Source: Tubiluchus corallicola (lineage: Eukaryota; Animalia; Priapulida). From it: DNA of 64,000 nt. The DNA lies in assembly GCA_030141605.1 (NCBI GenBank), contig JAQGDQ010000395.1:150997-214996 (forward strand), read 5' to 3'. Position numbers and translations under genes: made by a program. Position 1 is the stretch's first letter, and each line of letters starts with the position of its first letter. A model generated the notes under the pieces. It did no database searches. It saw only the letters and a program-made list of their open reading frames with translations, and was not told where the DNA came from. This document shows positions 49,330 through 62,785 of this stretch, one piece after another.

Positions 49330-51580
49330 TTTACCTGCAGAATTCCTTTTACGCCTATCTTATACCACCTGACTAATATAAGTTTAAGCAGAAGTCTGCA
49401 TCCTCTCATTCCACTGTCTTTACCTGCAGAATTCTTTTACACCTATCTTATACCACCTGACTAATATAAGTGTAAGGAAAGGTCTGCATCCTCTCATTCC
49501 ACTGTCTTTACCTGCAGAATTCCTTTTACATTTATCTTATACCACCTGACTAATATAAGTGTAAGCAGAAGTCTGCATCTTCTCATTCCACTGTCTTTAC
49601 CTGCAGAATTCCTTTTACACCTATCTTATACCACCTGACTAATATAAGTTTAAGCAAAAGTCTGCATCCTCTCATTCCACTGTCTTTACCTGCAGAATTC
49701 CTTTTACGTTTACCTTATACCACCTGACGAATATAAGTTTAAGCAAAAGTCTGCATCCTCTCATTCCACTGTCTTTACCTGCAGAATTCCTTTTACGACT
49801 ATCTTATACCACCTGACTAATATAAGTGTAAGCAAAAGTCTGCATCCTCTCATTCCACTGTCTTTACCTGCAGAATTCCTTTTACGCCTATCTTATACCA
49901 CCTGACTAATATAAGTGTAAGCAAAAGTCTGCATCCTCTCATTCCACTGTCTTTACCTGCAGAATTCCTTTTACGCCTATCTTATACCACCTGACTAATA
50001 TAAGTGTAAGCAAAAGTCTGCATCCTCTCATTCCACTGTCTTTACCTGCAGAATTCCTTTTACGCCTATCTTATACCACCTGACTAATATAAGTGTAAGC
50101 AAAAGTCTGCATCCTCTCATTCCACTGTCTTTACCTGCAGAATTCCTTTTACGCCTATCTTATACCACCTGACTAATATAAGTGTAAGCAAAAGTCTGCA
50201 TCCTCTCATTCCACTGTCTTTACCTGCAGAATTCCTTTTACGCCTATCTTATACCACCTGACTAATATAAGTGTAAGCAAAAGTCTGCATCCTCTCATTC
50301 CACTGTCTTTACCTGCAGAATTCCTTTTACGCCTATCTTATACCACCTGACTAATATAAGTGTAAGCAAAAGTCTGCATCCTCTCATTCCACTGTCTTTA
50401 CCTGCAGAATTCCTTTTACGCCTATCTTATACCACCTGACTAATATAAGTGTAAGCAAAAGTCTGCATCCTCTCATTGCACTGTCTTTACCTGCAGAATT
50501 CCTTTTACGCCTATCTTATACCACCTGACTAATATAAGTGTAAGGAAAGGTCTGCATCCTCTCATTCCTCTGTCTTTATCTACAGAATTCTTTGTACGCC
50601 TATCTTATACCACCTGACTAAATATAAGTGTAAGCAAAAGTCTGCATCCTCTCATTCCACTGTCTTTACCTGCAGAATTCCTTTTACGCCTATCTTATAC
50701 CACCTGACTAATATAAGTGTAAGCAAAAGTCTGCATCCTCTCATTCCGCTGTCTTTACCTGCAGAATTCCTTTTACGACTATCTTATACCACCTGACTAA
50801 TATAAGTGTAAGGAAAGGTCTGCATCCTCTCATTCCTCTGTCTTTATCTACAGAATTCTTTGTACGCCTATCTTATACCACCTGACTAATATATAAGTGT
50901 AAGCAAAAGTCTGCATCCTCTCATTCCACTGTCTTTACCTGCAGAATTCCTTTTACGACTGTCTTATACCACTTGACTAATATAAGTGTAAGCAAAAGTC
51001 TGCATCCTCTCATTCCTCTGTCTTTACCTGCAGAATTCCTTTTACGACTATCTTATACCACCTGACTAATATAAGTGTAAGGAAAGGTCTGCATCCTCTC
51101 ATTCCTCTGTCTTTATCTACAGAATTCTTTGTACGCCTATCTTATACCACCTGACTAATATATAAGTGTAAGCAAAAGTCTGCATCCTCTCATTCCACTG
51201 TCTTTACCTGCAGAATTCCTTTTACGACTGTCTTATACCACTTGACTAATATAAGTGTAAGCAAAAGTCTGCATCCTCTCATTCCTCTGTCTTTACCTGC
51301 AGAATTCCTTTTACGACTATCTTATACCACCTGACTAATATAAGTGTAAGGAAAGGTCTGCATCCTCTCATTCCTCTGTCTTTATCTACAGAATTCTTTT
51401 TACGCTTATCTTATACCAACTGACTAATATAAGTTTAAGCAAAGGTCTGCGTCCTCTCATTCCACTGTCTTTACCTACAGAATTCCGTTTACGCTTATCT
51501 TATACCACTTGACTAATATACAAGTGTAAGCAGAAGTCTCATTCCACTGTCTTTATCTGCAGAATTCTTTTTACGCTTAT
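49330..51580. repeat. Satellite, 89-bp unit x about 25
   Basis: Unit TTTACCTGCAGAATTCCTTTTACGCCTATCTTATACCACCTGACTAATATAAGTGTAAGCAAAAGTCTGCATCCTCTCATTCCACTGTC. Confidence 0.97.
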
Positions 51581-51959
51581 ATTTCACCGCCTTCAAAGCG
51601 TTTGACGTGTCTTGTCTACCCGAGGCCATCATGTGGTCCACGTGTAGGTAAAAATAATAAATTGTGCACAAGGCGCCATTAATTATTTTGTTAGGTTTGT
51701 TAAGTAGGCTAAAAGAACGAAAGATATGTTGGATCATTTATCAATCACGCTCGGCTGGTACATAAAACTGTCGTCAATACTTGAGCTTAATGTTAACTCG
51801 TGCATATATAAAATTTATTACAATCCTGGAGACTTGAAGTAATTTTACTAACTTCAAGAGTTGCCATGTTGACCAGGTACTAATTGTTTCTGTCTGAGTT
51901 TAGCGGGATCTGAAATGATTACTAAATTGTGGGCATATTGATCGCATTTTGCTAGTATA

Positions 51960-52370
51960 GATCAAAATCAATAAATTTGTCTGATACTGATATGGAAATC
52001 AGTTGCTCCAGCTATTAAAAATGCCAACTCGCTGTCCATATTTAAAAAAATATAAATTAAACTTTCTCGAAACATATAACTGATCACTCAATCATGATTT
52101 GTTGTTTTTCATTTTCAAAAACTTCCCCTCTAGTATAATAATATTTTTATTACTTCCCACCCGTATTTATATTTGTATATATTGTAATATTGTATCTGTA
52201 TGTATTGTAATTTTTTTCGTAAGTAATTCTAGTGGCCTACCATAAGCTAGCTTCTTAGGTCTCTAGCGCAGAATTGATGAATTGTATCATATTTTTGTAT
52301 TAACAAAAACTGATTATCGATGCACATGTAATGTATATGTATATGTTTATTGCGAAATAAATCTATTAAC
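51960..52370 (+). mobile_element. Degraded CR1/L2-group LINE 3' end
   Basis: Residual WKSVAPAIKNANSLSIFKK resembles the WN.LP..IK...SL..FK ORF2 terminus; followed by a T-rich UTR and AATAAA. Confidence 0.55.
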
Positions 52371-52989
52371 TCTAATCTAAAAAATCATTAAGTCTGCATG
52401 TTGCTGGTTTCGAGAAACGAGGCACTTTAAAATGCGAGTTTATTTATTGAGCTGATTATAAAATGACTTAATTTGACTTAAATGTTTCCTGACCACTAGA
52501 TGTCGACTGAAAAGAGCAGGTGCTTGACCATTGACCAAAGATTTCTCTGCACGCCATGCTCCTTCTGTCCATCGGATGTCTAACAATCTATACTCATCTG
52601 GATTGCTTAAAGTGCACAAATAAATTTCAGCGAACGTTCCGAGGCAACAGAGTTGGGGTGTTTTAATTGGTGATTTAAAACATGATGCTAGGCAGCTGTT
52701 TACTAGGGAAGATGCTCTTTTCAAAGCAAAATGATACAATAACGTGCAAATAGACTTGCTTATCTTCACATGCGGGTACAGTTAGCAAAAATAGGTAAAA
52801 AAGTTAAGTATTTTCACTACATAAGCAACTAATTCATACGAAAAGTTCCGAAACAGCCGCATGCAAGAAGCATAAACGAATATACTAACAGAAAGCATAA
52901 ATCATGGGTTGCTAAACTGACAAAAACTTGTCGTTTTTCACACTAAATGCTATGTGCAAAGCCCTGTTTAACAGCAGATCATACGTCAA

Positions 52990-53581
52990 AACAAAACCGG
53001 ATCCAATCTTAAACTGTAGGTAAAAGCAATCAACTCTTTTAAATACTGAAAGAAAACATACGATTTTTTAAAGAATGACTTATGCAAAACAATTATTACC
53101 ACACAAACACAATGTCACGTTCGCGCCATTAGTTCTTCGCTGTTACATGCCATTCGCTAGGTAGACACAAGCGGAAAGTGTTGCACAAAAACTGGCGCTG
53201 TACCTCTCAGTTCAGATGTGTTAGTTTGTGACGAACTACACACGTTCGACGGCTCATGCGTGAGTACAGTGGTAATTTTAATTTGAATTTTTATCTTAAA
53301 ACTTGCCCAGTCTTATTACAGCACACTGAATATCTTACAGTAGCACTGTACTTCAATTTTCTCTTTTGCAAACACGTACAACACGCTCAGAGAATGTTTT
53401 TGCTGTTGAAAATTATGTTAGTTTGTGATGTCATCAATAGTTGGGCTTGCTCTCCGTTAATTAAGTTATTAATCCATTAATTAATTATCAGAAACGCTTT
53501 TACAGTATTAATTGTGTTAAAATGTATATTCTTTACCCTACTTGAAAATGGGTAGTATATGAAAAATCATCCTGCCTTCCT
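52990..53581 (+). mobile_element. MITE family A, full-length copy
   Basis: TCAA|AACAAAACCGGATCC...CATCCTGCCTTCCT|TTAA. Confidence 0.8.
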
Positions 53582-53731
53582 TTAACAGGAAAGAAGCAGG
53601 GATAATGTCAAACAATTAAAAGAACATCTATAGAGTATTTCATTTGACAAACGCACTAGAAGGCACCATTACGAGAAAAACAACAACTATTGGTGCTTTA
53701 AGAAGGAGAGGTTGGTTGAAATATCATATCC

Positions 53732-54266
53732 TTCTTCTTCTTCTTCTTCTTCTTCTTCTTCTTCTTCTTCTTCTTCTTTTTTCCAGCTTTTCCCTATGCG
53801 GGGTCGCCGTTGTGAATGAGTCTTCTCCACGCATTCCTGTTGTTGACCATCTCTTCATTTATGTCTTCCCTTCCCACAAGATCTTCACCGACTCTTCTTT
53901 TCAGGTGTCCATACCATCGCAATCTTGCGAGGCTTCCACTAATTTTCCTGTTCCTCTGATATTATTATTTCTATTTTTATCTCTTCTTGTTATTCCCACC
54001 ATCCATCTCAACATCCTCATCTCCACCACACCCATTTTCTTCTCTTCGGTCTTCTTTAGAGAAGCTGCTTCCAGCCCATAGATTAGAGTGGGTCTGACCA
54101 CATCTTTGTGGACTTTCCCTTTAAGTCACACCGACTCATTCATAGAAGGTTTTGGCGCAGTTTTTGCAGGCGGATGCCCTTCCTGACCCTAACCCTCCCT
54201 ATTGATCCGGGCTTGGGACCGGTACTGAGTTGGGCTGGCTTGCCCCCCTCCCCCCAGTGGCTAGGT
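53732..54266 (-). mobile_element. Bipartite non-autonomous RTE element (probable 5' UTR fused to 3' end)
   Basis: 16-bp TSD TTGAAATATCATATCC (53716-53731, 54267-54282); (GAA)n tail; 53780-54123 matches RTE copy 59567-60240 with a deletion; 54124-54266 is non-ORF GC-rich sequence. Confidence 0.88.
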
Positions 54267-55194
54267 TTGAAATATCATATCCAAACTTTATAAAATATGC
54301 TGTATTTTTAACTACCTCCTGTTGTATTCAATTCGTATTACAATAGAAAATGTGAGGTACACATTGGAAAAACAAAACAGTTTTTATACACGTAACGGAA
54401 TGACATTAATCACGTAACGGAATGACATTAAGCGCAGATGATTTACAACGGAAGAGCTTTCGATCTTTTATTACCTGTAGTCAAGAAACCTGAAATATTG
54501 TTTGCGCATTGAAACCCCAGACGCTTTACGATATTTGGTCGCAGCAGGTTCGAGTTTCATTTCATTAAATCACGTTTTATTAATGTTAAAACAAAGGCTT
54601 AGATAGCAGGTTGTTTCACGGAGAAAAGCGTCCATGTTTAGCGTGACGGCGGTGGTGTTCGTTTTGTAGGCTCGTTTATAAAACTGCCTCATTTTATGAA
54701 ATTTTACGCGTTTCCGTAACAGACGATTTAACGACATTTTCGGCTTATGAAAAGCGAAGGTAATAGGTGTGCATGATTAAAGCGGCATCTAAAGCTGTTT
54801 TGTATGAATAGTGGGTACATTTATTACACCACAGCGGTAGGCAACGCACGCGAGATTAGTAAAATGTCATTAAGACTATTAAAATTGCACATTTTCAGGC
54901 TGAATAAAATCTTAATTGTTATTAAATTGTTATTTTCGTCGCTGTCAATTAATTTTCTTCATATTTGTTTACTTGCTTCCTGTTTATTCTGTTGACTGAT
55001 TGACTGACTGGTTGGTTGGTTGGACAAAGTACTAGAAGGCTATTGTTTGGCCAGGAGGCTGGCCGTGTGGTTGGTGCGTTGATTGTTTGATTGGCTGACG
55101 CACTGGCTAGCTAGCTGATGAATTGATTGGATAGTTGGTCACTTGAGCGGTTAGCTTCCATCCGGTTGGCTGGATAGCTGGCTGACATGTCTTG

Positions 55195-55280
55195 ATGGTT
55201 GGTTGGTTGGTTGGTTGGTTGATTGGTGGTTAGTTGGTTTGGCGGTTGGTTGGTTAGTTTTTGTTGGTTGGTTGGTTGGT
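55195..55280. repeat. (TGGT)n microsatellite within a degenerate tetranucleotide tract
   Basis: Directly visible. Confidence 0.9.
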
Positions 55281-56017
55281 TAACGCGTTGGTTAGCTCGC
55301 TAGTTTTATCAACTTGTTCATTTTTACGAAATTTTCTTTAAAGTAATCCGTTTAGTTTAATTGATGGTTTTTAGTTGTTTACGCTACTTGCTACTGTTAC
55401 TCATATTTACTAATACAGGTAATATACGTGGTAGTCCTTAATCTAGTAATACAAATGATTGATGATACAAGCCTATTAGTGTCAATATATAATAACATTA
55501 TACTTTCTGCAACGTCACAAATGGCAGAGAAAGCGAGACACCCTCATGCATAAATTAACTGCTACAGTAACAAGTCTGCAATACCGTAAATTTGCATTAA
55601 AACAAAAATAAACAAAAACTTTAAATTGTCGAATATTATTAAGCAGTAATTAATTTTAAAAAAATTCGAAAATCTTAGAAACTGGGCTAATAAATTCTGA
55701 TGCTCGTCGGACGACAAATGAACAAGCCGACATTCCTACGAATAAAACGTCATTAAAACTAAAAATGCGTATTTTTTTTATTTGATGGCTAGTAACTTTA
55801 TACTCTGTTCTAGTATACTTTACACTTATATAGCATTTACAAAGCATATGACTAGTAACATCATTATCTCACAGAAATTTATTTTAAACCTAGCAGTAGA
55901 TGAACAGACACAAGACACCATTAGGAGGCTCTTTATAATTCCTTCGCTGAATATTGAATTCTGGAAATTTTCAATTAGGCTGCACAACACGTCTAAGCAT
56001 CCGTTAATTCTTTCAAC

Positions 56018-56520
56018 CACTCATTCATTCATGCATTTGTTCACTCATCCGTCTATTCGTTCATTTGTTCGTTCGTTCATTCGTTCGTTCGTTCGTTCAT
56101 TCATTCATTCATTCATTCATTTGTTCGTTCGTTCGTTCATTCATTCATTCGTTCGTTCGTTCGTTCGTTCATTCATTCATTCATTCATTCATTTATTCGT
56201 TCATTCATTCATTCATTCATTCATTTATTCGTTCATTCATTCATTCATTCATTTATTCGTTCATTCATTCATTTATTCGTTCGTTCATTCATTCATTTGT
56301 TTGATCGTTTGTTCCTTCGTTCTTCCGGTCACTCATTCATTCGCTCATTTATCATCATTCATTTAAACACTAACTCACACATTCATTCATTGAAAAAGAT
56401 AAAATTGAATTTCTTCACTCATTCATTTGATTTTTCGCTCACTCATTCCTATATTCATTCGTTCACGCTTTTCAGTAACACATTTATTCATTCATTCATT
56501 CATTTATTCATTCATTCATT
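56018..56520. repeat. (TTCA/TTCG)n microsatellite
   Basis: Directly visible. Confidence 0.95.
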
Positions 56521-56749
56521 AGTAAATACTCGTCCTGTTACTTATATTTCATACATCTTTACCGGTTTAACCACTCCAGTAAGTTTTTATGACATTAGTA
56601 ACAAAAGTAAGTTTAAATCCAGCAAAAGAATCTTCGATCCGTCTACGTCTGCAGCTGTAATCGTTTTATAAACATCAGTGTAATTATGTCTTATGATTAC
56701 TGCAGTAGGATAAATCTCATGAAAATAATAATTGTAATTCTTATCAAAA

Positions 56750-57137
56750 AGCCTTTCACGGTCTCGTTGTGCGCACGCGCAGTTGCTATACGTCATATGT
56801 TAAGCGTACCACAGCAACGCGCCTTAATTACAACCGTCATGTGACGTGTAGGTAAGGTAAAGCCGTCTGCCGCATCGGTTCAGTAAATTCGGTCGTTTTA
56901 TGTAGACATTACTTTGTTATGCATTAGTCTACGCATTGAGTGATTTACTAGCAGGATCTTGCTTGGGAACAATAAAAAATGAACGAGGTAAGGTCCTAGC
57001 TAGCTGTTAAAACCGTTGCTACCAGAATAGCTTGGGCTGCGAGGCGTTGTCAAGTGTACACAAATACATTGTTTGGCACATTTGACCTTTGACCTTTGAC
57101 CTTGATCATCATCAATCGCTGGAACTGTGAAAAGACT
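56750..57137 (-). mobile_element. TIR MITE family D
   Basis: AGCCTTTCACGGTCTCG...GAACTGTGAAAAGACT; reverse complement of the 23386-24000 family. Confidence 0.7.
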
Positions 57138-57215
57138 TATTTAATATTGTACAAACGTAAAACAAAAAAGCAACATTATCTTCTGGCTTCATGAATATAA
57201 TGGAGACGATATATA

Positions 57216-58071
57216 TATATATACGTACAATACACAGGCACACATAATATATATGCAGTTTGTTTAATAAATTCGTTATGTAAACTCACTAGACCAGCCG
57301 TTAAATTCAGTGCTGAATAGTTTCACGATGCCTCACATTAATTATACGTACAATAATATACGTACAATAATACACGTACAATAATATACGTACAATAATA
57401 CACGTACAATAATATACGTACAATAATATACGTACAATAATATACGTACAATAATATACGTACAATAATACACGTACAATAATATACGTACAATAATACA
57501 CGTACAATAATATACGTACAATAATATACGTACAATAATATACGTACAATAATATACGTACAATAATACACGTACAATAATATACGTACAATAATACACA
57601 CGCACATATAATATATATGCAGTTTGTTTGATAAATCCGTTACATAAACTCACTAGACCAGCCGTTAAATTCAGTGCTGAATAGTTTCACGATGCCTCAC
57701 ATTAATTATACGTACAATAATATACGTACAATAATATACGTACAATAATATACGTACAATAATACACACGCACATATAATGTATATGTAGTTTGTTTAAT
57801 AAATTCGTTATGTAAACTCACTAGACCAGCCGTTAAATTCAGTGCTGAATAGTTTCACGATGCCTCACATTAATTATACGTACAATAATATACGTACAAT
57901 AATATACGTACAATAATATACGTACAATAATACACGTACAATAATATACGTACAATAATACACACGCACATATAATGTATATGTAGTTTGTTTGATAAAT
58001 CCGTTATGTAAACTCACTAGACCAGCCGTTAAATTCAGTGCTGAATAGTTTCACGATGCCTCACATTAATT
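57216..58071. repeat. Two-level tandem repeat: about 110-bp unit x4 separated by variable runs of 14-bp TACGTACAATAATA
   Basis: AAACTCACTAGACCAGCCGTTAAATTCAGTGCTGAATAGTTTCACGATGCCTCACATTAATT occurs four times. Confidence 0.95.
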
Positions 58072-58467
58072 GTACTTCTCGTTGTTTCCAATTTGCCCAT
58101 TAATTTTGTTTTTGTGGCTTTGTTGATTGTCGGCCAGCTGTGTGTTTTTTGTCAACCCAGGAAATTTTCTTTCCAGGAAATGATAATTAAACGAGGATAA
58201 TACATCCGCAAATTCAACTGCACCATCTACAAACATCTCACTGCACTTTTCTCAAAGGACGCGTACTTTGCGATTCCACAAATTGACAGTAAAAGACACA
58301 ATACAGTCACTGTGCACAGCTGCTGCTCCACTGGAGGAAAAATTTCAAGTTGAATTATAGACGTACATAAAAACGTTTCAACATTTTAAATCAACGTGTA
58401 TTGATGTTTAAAAATCCAGTGTCAATGTCAATGCAATTTGAACTGCAAAGTGCATTTTTTAAACTAT

Positions 58468-59280
58468 TGTTACGGAAGCACCTGTATCGGATCAGGTATA
58501 GGGCCCTCTATACGCCCTGCCTCCACGTCAGCAGCGACTCACCCCTTTCTTGTAGGTCCAGACGTCTTGTTTGGGCCTACACGTGGTGTGAGAAGCCAGC
58601 TGACCTGGAATGCCAGTATAAAAGCGTGTAGAGGTCACTACAGCCTTGATTTCTGACACAGGTGCTCCTCGGGTGTAGTGCTGTTACTGAGTTAGTTAGT
58701 TATTTTTTGTGCACGTGTATTTTGGTTCCCTATTTTTATTAGTGCTGATAATAAACTCCGTACAGTGTAGTTTTTGTGTATTTTATTTTATGAGAGTTAA
58801 ATGACATGCTATAACAGGTATATGGTACTAGTTTACAGACATTAACTTAGTTAATTAGCATAACATTTGTAATTAAAATTAACATTTGTAGTTAAGTAAT
58901 CAGTTACACAACGATAGTAAAATGGATCTTCATGATGCGCAATATCAAGACCGCCATGCCATCTTGGAGTTCGACCCCCTGAGTCGAATTCAGTCCAATA
59001 TCAAGACCGCCATGCCATCTTGGAGTTCGACCCCCCTGAGTCGAATTCAGTCCAATATCAAGACCACCATGCCATCTTGGAGTTCGACCCCCTGAGTCGA
59101 ATTCAGTCGAATATCAAGACCGCCATGCCATCTTGGAGTTCGACCCCCCTGAGTCGAATTCAGTCCAATATCAAGACCGTCATGCCATTTTGGAGTTCGA
59201 CCCCCTGAGTCGAATTCAGTCGAATATCAAGACCGCCATGCCATCTTGGAGTTCGACCCCCCTGAGTCGAATTCAGTCCA
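58468..59280 (+). mobile_element. Solo-LTR-like element with 3' array of six 56/57-bp repeats
   Basis: TG...CA termini with 4-bp TSD CTAT (58464-58467, 59281-59284); paralogue of 24795-25448. Confidence 0.75.
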
Positions 59281-59566
59281 CTATTTTCCTATTCGCTAAA
59301 AGATGTCGGAAATTTCCATCATATCTGTGTCCATTGCCTTCAGCCTATTTCTTGCACTTTCTCCTCCTGCTAAATAATATTTTTCTTCTGTTCGTAAATG
59401 ATCTATCAGCCAATGTGCGCCTATAAAACTCCTTCAACAAAGTAGCATCCAATTTTGATCAAATGAAATCCTAATTAAAACCCTCAAAGACCCTAATAAA
59501 AACCCTCAAAGACCCTAATTGCTGCTCCTGCTGTATTATTTAACTTGATCAGTATATACTAGCATT

Positions 59567-60240
59567 ATCTTACGACAGACATGAATGGGGACCAACGAGA
59601 AACAATAACATTGAATGGGGCAGAGTTGAAAAGAGTAAAGACCTTTAAGTATCTGGGTTCAATGATAGACGAGACTGCAGGAATGGAAAAGGAGGTGAAT
59701 TTCATTATTCAGTGTGGTTGGAATAACTGGCGAAAAGTTTCGAGTTTGATATGCGATAAGAGGATTCCAGCGAGACTTAAAGGTAAAGTCCGCAAAGCAG
59801 TGGTTAGACCCGCTCTAATCTATGGGCTGGAAGCAGCTTCTCTAAAGAAGACCGAAGAGAAGAAAATGGATGTGGTGGAGATGAGGATGTTGAGATGGAT
59901 GGTGGGAATAACAAGAAGAGATAAAATTAGAAATAATAATATAAGAGGAACAGTGAAAGTAGTGGAAGCCTCGAAAAAGATAAAAGAGGCAAGATTGCGA
60001 TGGTATGGACACCTGAAAAGAAGAGTCGGTGAAGATCATGTGGGAAGGGAGGTCATGGAAATGGAAGTGCTGGGAAATAGAAGAAGAGGACGACCCAAGC
60101 TGAGATGGTTTGAATGTATTAACGGAGACCTTAGAGAGAAGAACATAAATAAAGAGATGGTCAACAACATGAGTGCATGGAGAAGACTCATTCACAACGG
60201 CGACCCCGCATGGGAAAAGCTTGGAAGAAGAAGAAGAAGA
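59567..60240 (+). mobile_element. 5'-truncated RTE-clade LINE (ORF C-terminal about 210 aa open)
   Basis: FKYLGS...W.NWRKVS...VRPALIYGLE...RLRWYGH...GRPK motifs; (GAA)n tail; TSD AGTATATAC(T/G)AGCATT at 59551-59566 and 60241-60256. Confidence 0.95.
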
Positions 60241-60569
60241 AGTATATACGAGCATTGCAGGACTAGGGACAAAAACGAGTCACAGTGCAAAAAAAACTAC
60301 GCTGAGCTGATATAACTCTTTCAGTTCACATAACCAACAAATGAGTTTTAGATGCTGAATCTAGAAAAGCTCGTCGTGAGAGCCAGTTTCTTTCTAGGCG
60401 TCGTAAGAGCCTTTAAAACGAAGCTAACGGTGTCCGTCTGATAAAGAATGACTCAGATACATTTATGAACGGGTGGGTCACGGTGGGACAGTTGCTGTGA
60501 TTTACTTAAGTACTTATAATTTTTTAAGCATTTTGAGAAACGCTAAAGCTCATTCAATTTACTATAGAC

Positions 60570-61221
60570 CAGTGGCTTTTAAGGTGGTGTACGAGTGCCA
60601 CTTGGACTCGCAACAGCGACAATACGTAACAGCTAATCCAGGGGTACGCAAAAGTTCTGTCGTGTAGCACGTCAGAATGTTATTTTTTGCCGTACAGTGT
60701 ACAAGTACGGAGTGCGAATTTTACAGGAGTAACGGTCTCGTGGTGTGAGGAAAGAGTTACAAGATTTAAATCCTTGAATATCATGATTGTTTGTATTTTA
60801 AAAAGTCGTTGTTTTTGCAACACAATAACGTTTTTCAGGTAATTCACTGCGCACTGCCTGGCGTTATAACGAGGTTAATTTATTATGTAAAATAAAACGT
60901 TTAGCACAGCAAATTCATTGACAGATGGCAGTAGAGGCGAGGTTGATGGTTTTCGGAAAAGCTGAGGGACAACGAGACGGTCATTGATACGACTTCACAG
61001 TTCGACACCAAGTTCCTCTTCTGATTTGACATCCGATCGTCTTTTTTCTCCCCTTTTGTTCTTGAATTTGGTGTCTCATTTATCGATTTTGCTTGTATAA
61101 TTAAATCACAGTAGTAAAAATGATTTCTTGAAACTCATATTGCTAAAAAATGGTTAAGGGGTGCGCGACAGATCAGTGAATTTCCAAAGGTACTTGGCTA
61201 GTAAAAGGTTAGGAACCACTG
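60570..61221. mobile_element. Old hAT (Charlie-like) MITE
   Basis: CAGTGGCTTTTAAGGTGG...AAAGGTTAGGAACCACTG termini, GGGGTRCGC subterminal motifs; TSD decayed (CTATAGAC/GCTTGGAC). Confidence 0.5.
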
Positions 61222-61499
61222 GCTTGGACGTACACCCCAAGACCACTCAATCAAAGCCTTGCAGAGAATGTGGTCAGTTTATTGATCAGTGTTATGCACG
61301 TTAAGGATCTGAATTATTAAAAACACTATTAATAATATAACCAAGCTTTCAGCACTCATGATAAAGTAATACATAAACTTGCCAACACCATTTAGCTAAG
61401 CAAACAGTTTTCAAGGACAAACGGAGAAAGGAACAGTTGTGACTGTAAATTTTCTGAATTTGCGTTACTGTCACAAAATGTCTTCTTCTTCTGCTATTT

Positions 61500-61720
61500 C
61501 TTCTGAAAGAAATGTTTTAAATTCAAAATTCCTCGCACAGATTTATGCATAATTAAGCAAAGTCAATGTAAAATAACTGAAGTTACTGAACTGATATGGT
61601 AGACGGCTTAGCTTTATCCGCATGTCACGTGGCGACTGTAATTAGGACGCGTTGCTGTGGTACACGTAACCTTTGACCTACAACAACTGCGCGTGCGCAC
61701 AGCGAAACTGTGAAAAGGAG
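61500..61720 (+). mobile_element. MITE family D fragment (inverted partner of 62081-62300)
   Basis: Reverse-complement match over about 220 bp. Confidence 0.7.
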
Positions 61721-62080
61721 CAACAATTTATGTTTAATTAAGTAGTTAACTAAATGTTGTTGCATAATGCCTGCAAAGGTTGCGTAACTTCTAACAAGAT
61801 AGGAGGTAATTTGGGGAAGGCGAATCTCCACAGACGTGGCAGCTGCAGGTTTACATGGCCCTCTCACGGTCAGAGTAAGTCCAATGTAAGAATCAATTGC
61901 GACTGAATAGCAACAATAATAGCCAGCGTCTTACGATCACCGACGTAGTGAAAATGGCAGTTACAATATTATGACTAAAAGTAGATAATATACTGAAAGT
62001 ACAGCAGGCAAACATTAACACAATAATAATGAAAATTTGAGCATAAGGTACAGCAGAGAATGACGACGTTAATAGCAATA

Positions 62081-62768
62081 AGCCTTTTCGCAGTTTCGTT
62101 GTGCGCACGCGCAGTTGTTGTAGGTCAAAAGGTTAAGTGTACTACAGTAACGCGTCTTAATTACAATCGCCACGTGACATGTGAATAAACCTAAGCCGTC
62201 TGCCACATCGGTTCAGTAACTTCAGTTGTTTTACATTGACTTTGCTTAATAATGCATAAATCTGTGCGTAGAATTTTGAATTTAAACCATTTCTTGCAGA
62301 ATTTCTTCCAGATACAAAACAGGAGTGAAAAACATAAAAACAGCATTGTACAACCCCCCCCCCTGCAAATTTCGTTCGCAATTGCATTATATACAATAAA
62401 ACATCGGTAATTTAAAAGTAATGCTAAAAACAGAGTATGTAAATACAATAAAAAGTCTACAATAAAAATATAAGAAAGTCATAATAGCCCGTTTGATATG
62501 TATAAAATTTTGAATTTATATATGTATAGAATTTTAGATTTATAGCTGCAGTCACTATTCCTTATAGTAAAGTGATTTACTAGCAGGATCTTGCTTGAGA
62601 ACAAGGAAAAAATGAACTAGGTAAGGTTCTAGCTAGATGTTAAAACTGTTACAATTACAATAGCTTGGGCTGCGAGGCGTTCTCAAGTGTACACAAAAGC
62701 GTTGTCTGCTACACTTAACCTTTGACCTTTCCACGATCATCATCAATCGCTAGAATTGTGAAAAGGCT
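62081..62768 (-). mobile_element. MITE family D with internal insertion
   Basis: AGCCTTTTCGCAGTTT...AATTGTGAAAAGGCT TIRs; extra sequence at about 62270-62565 relative to 56750-57137. Confidence 0.7.
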
Positions 62769-62785
62769 TCTTGAGTCTCTGTGGA

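Noticed and set aside
49330-51580. CRISPR-like array (also 57216-58071, 10450-11180, 58940-59280)
   Set aside because: No unique spacers, no cas genes, eukaryotic context; ordinary tandem repeats.
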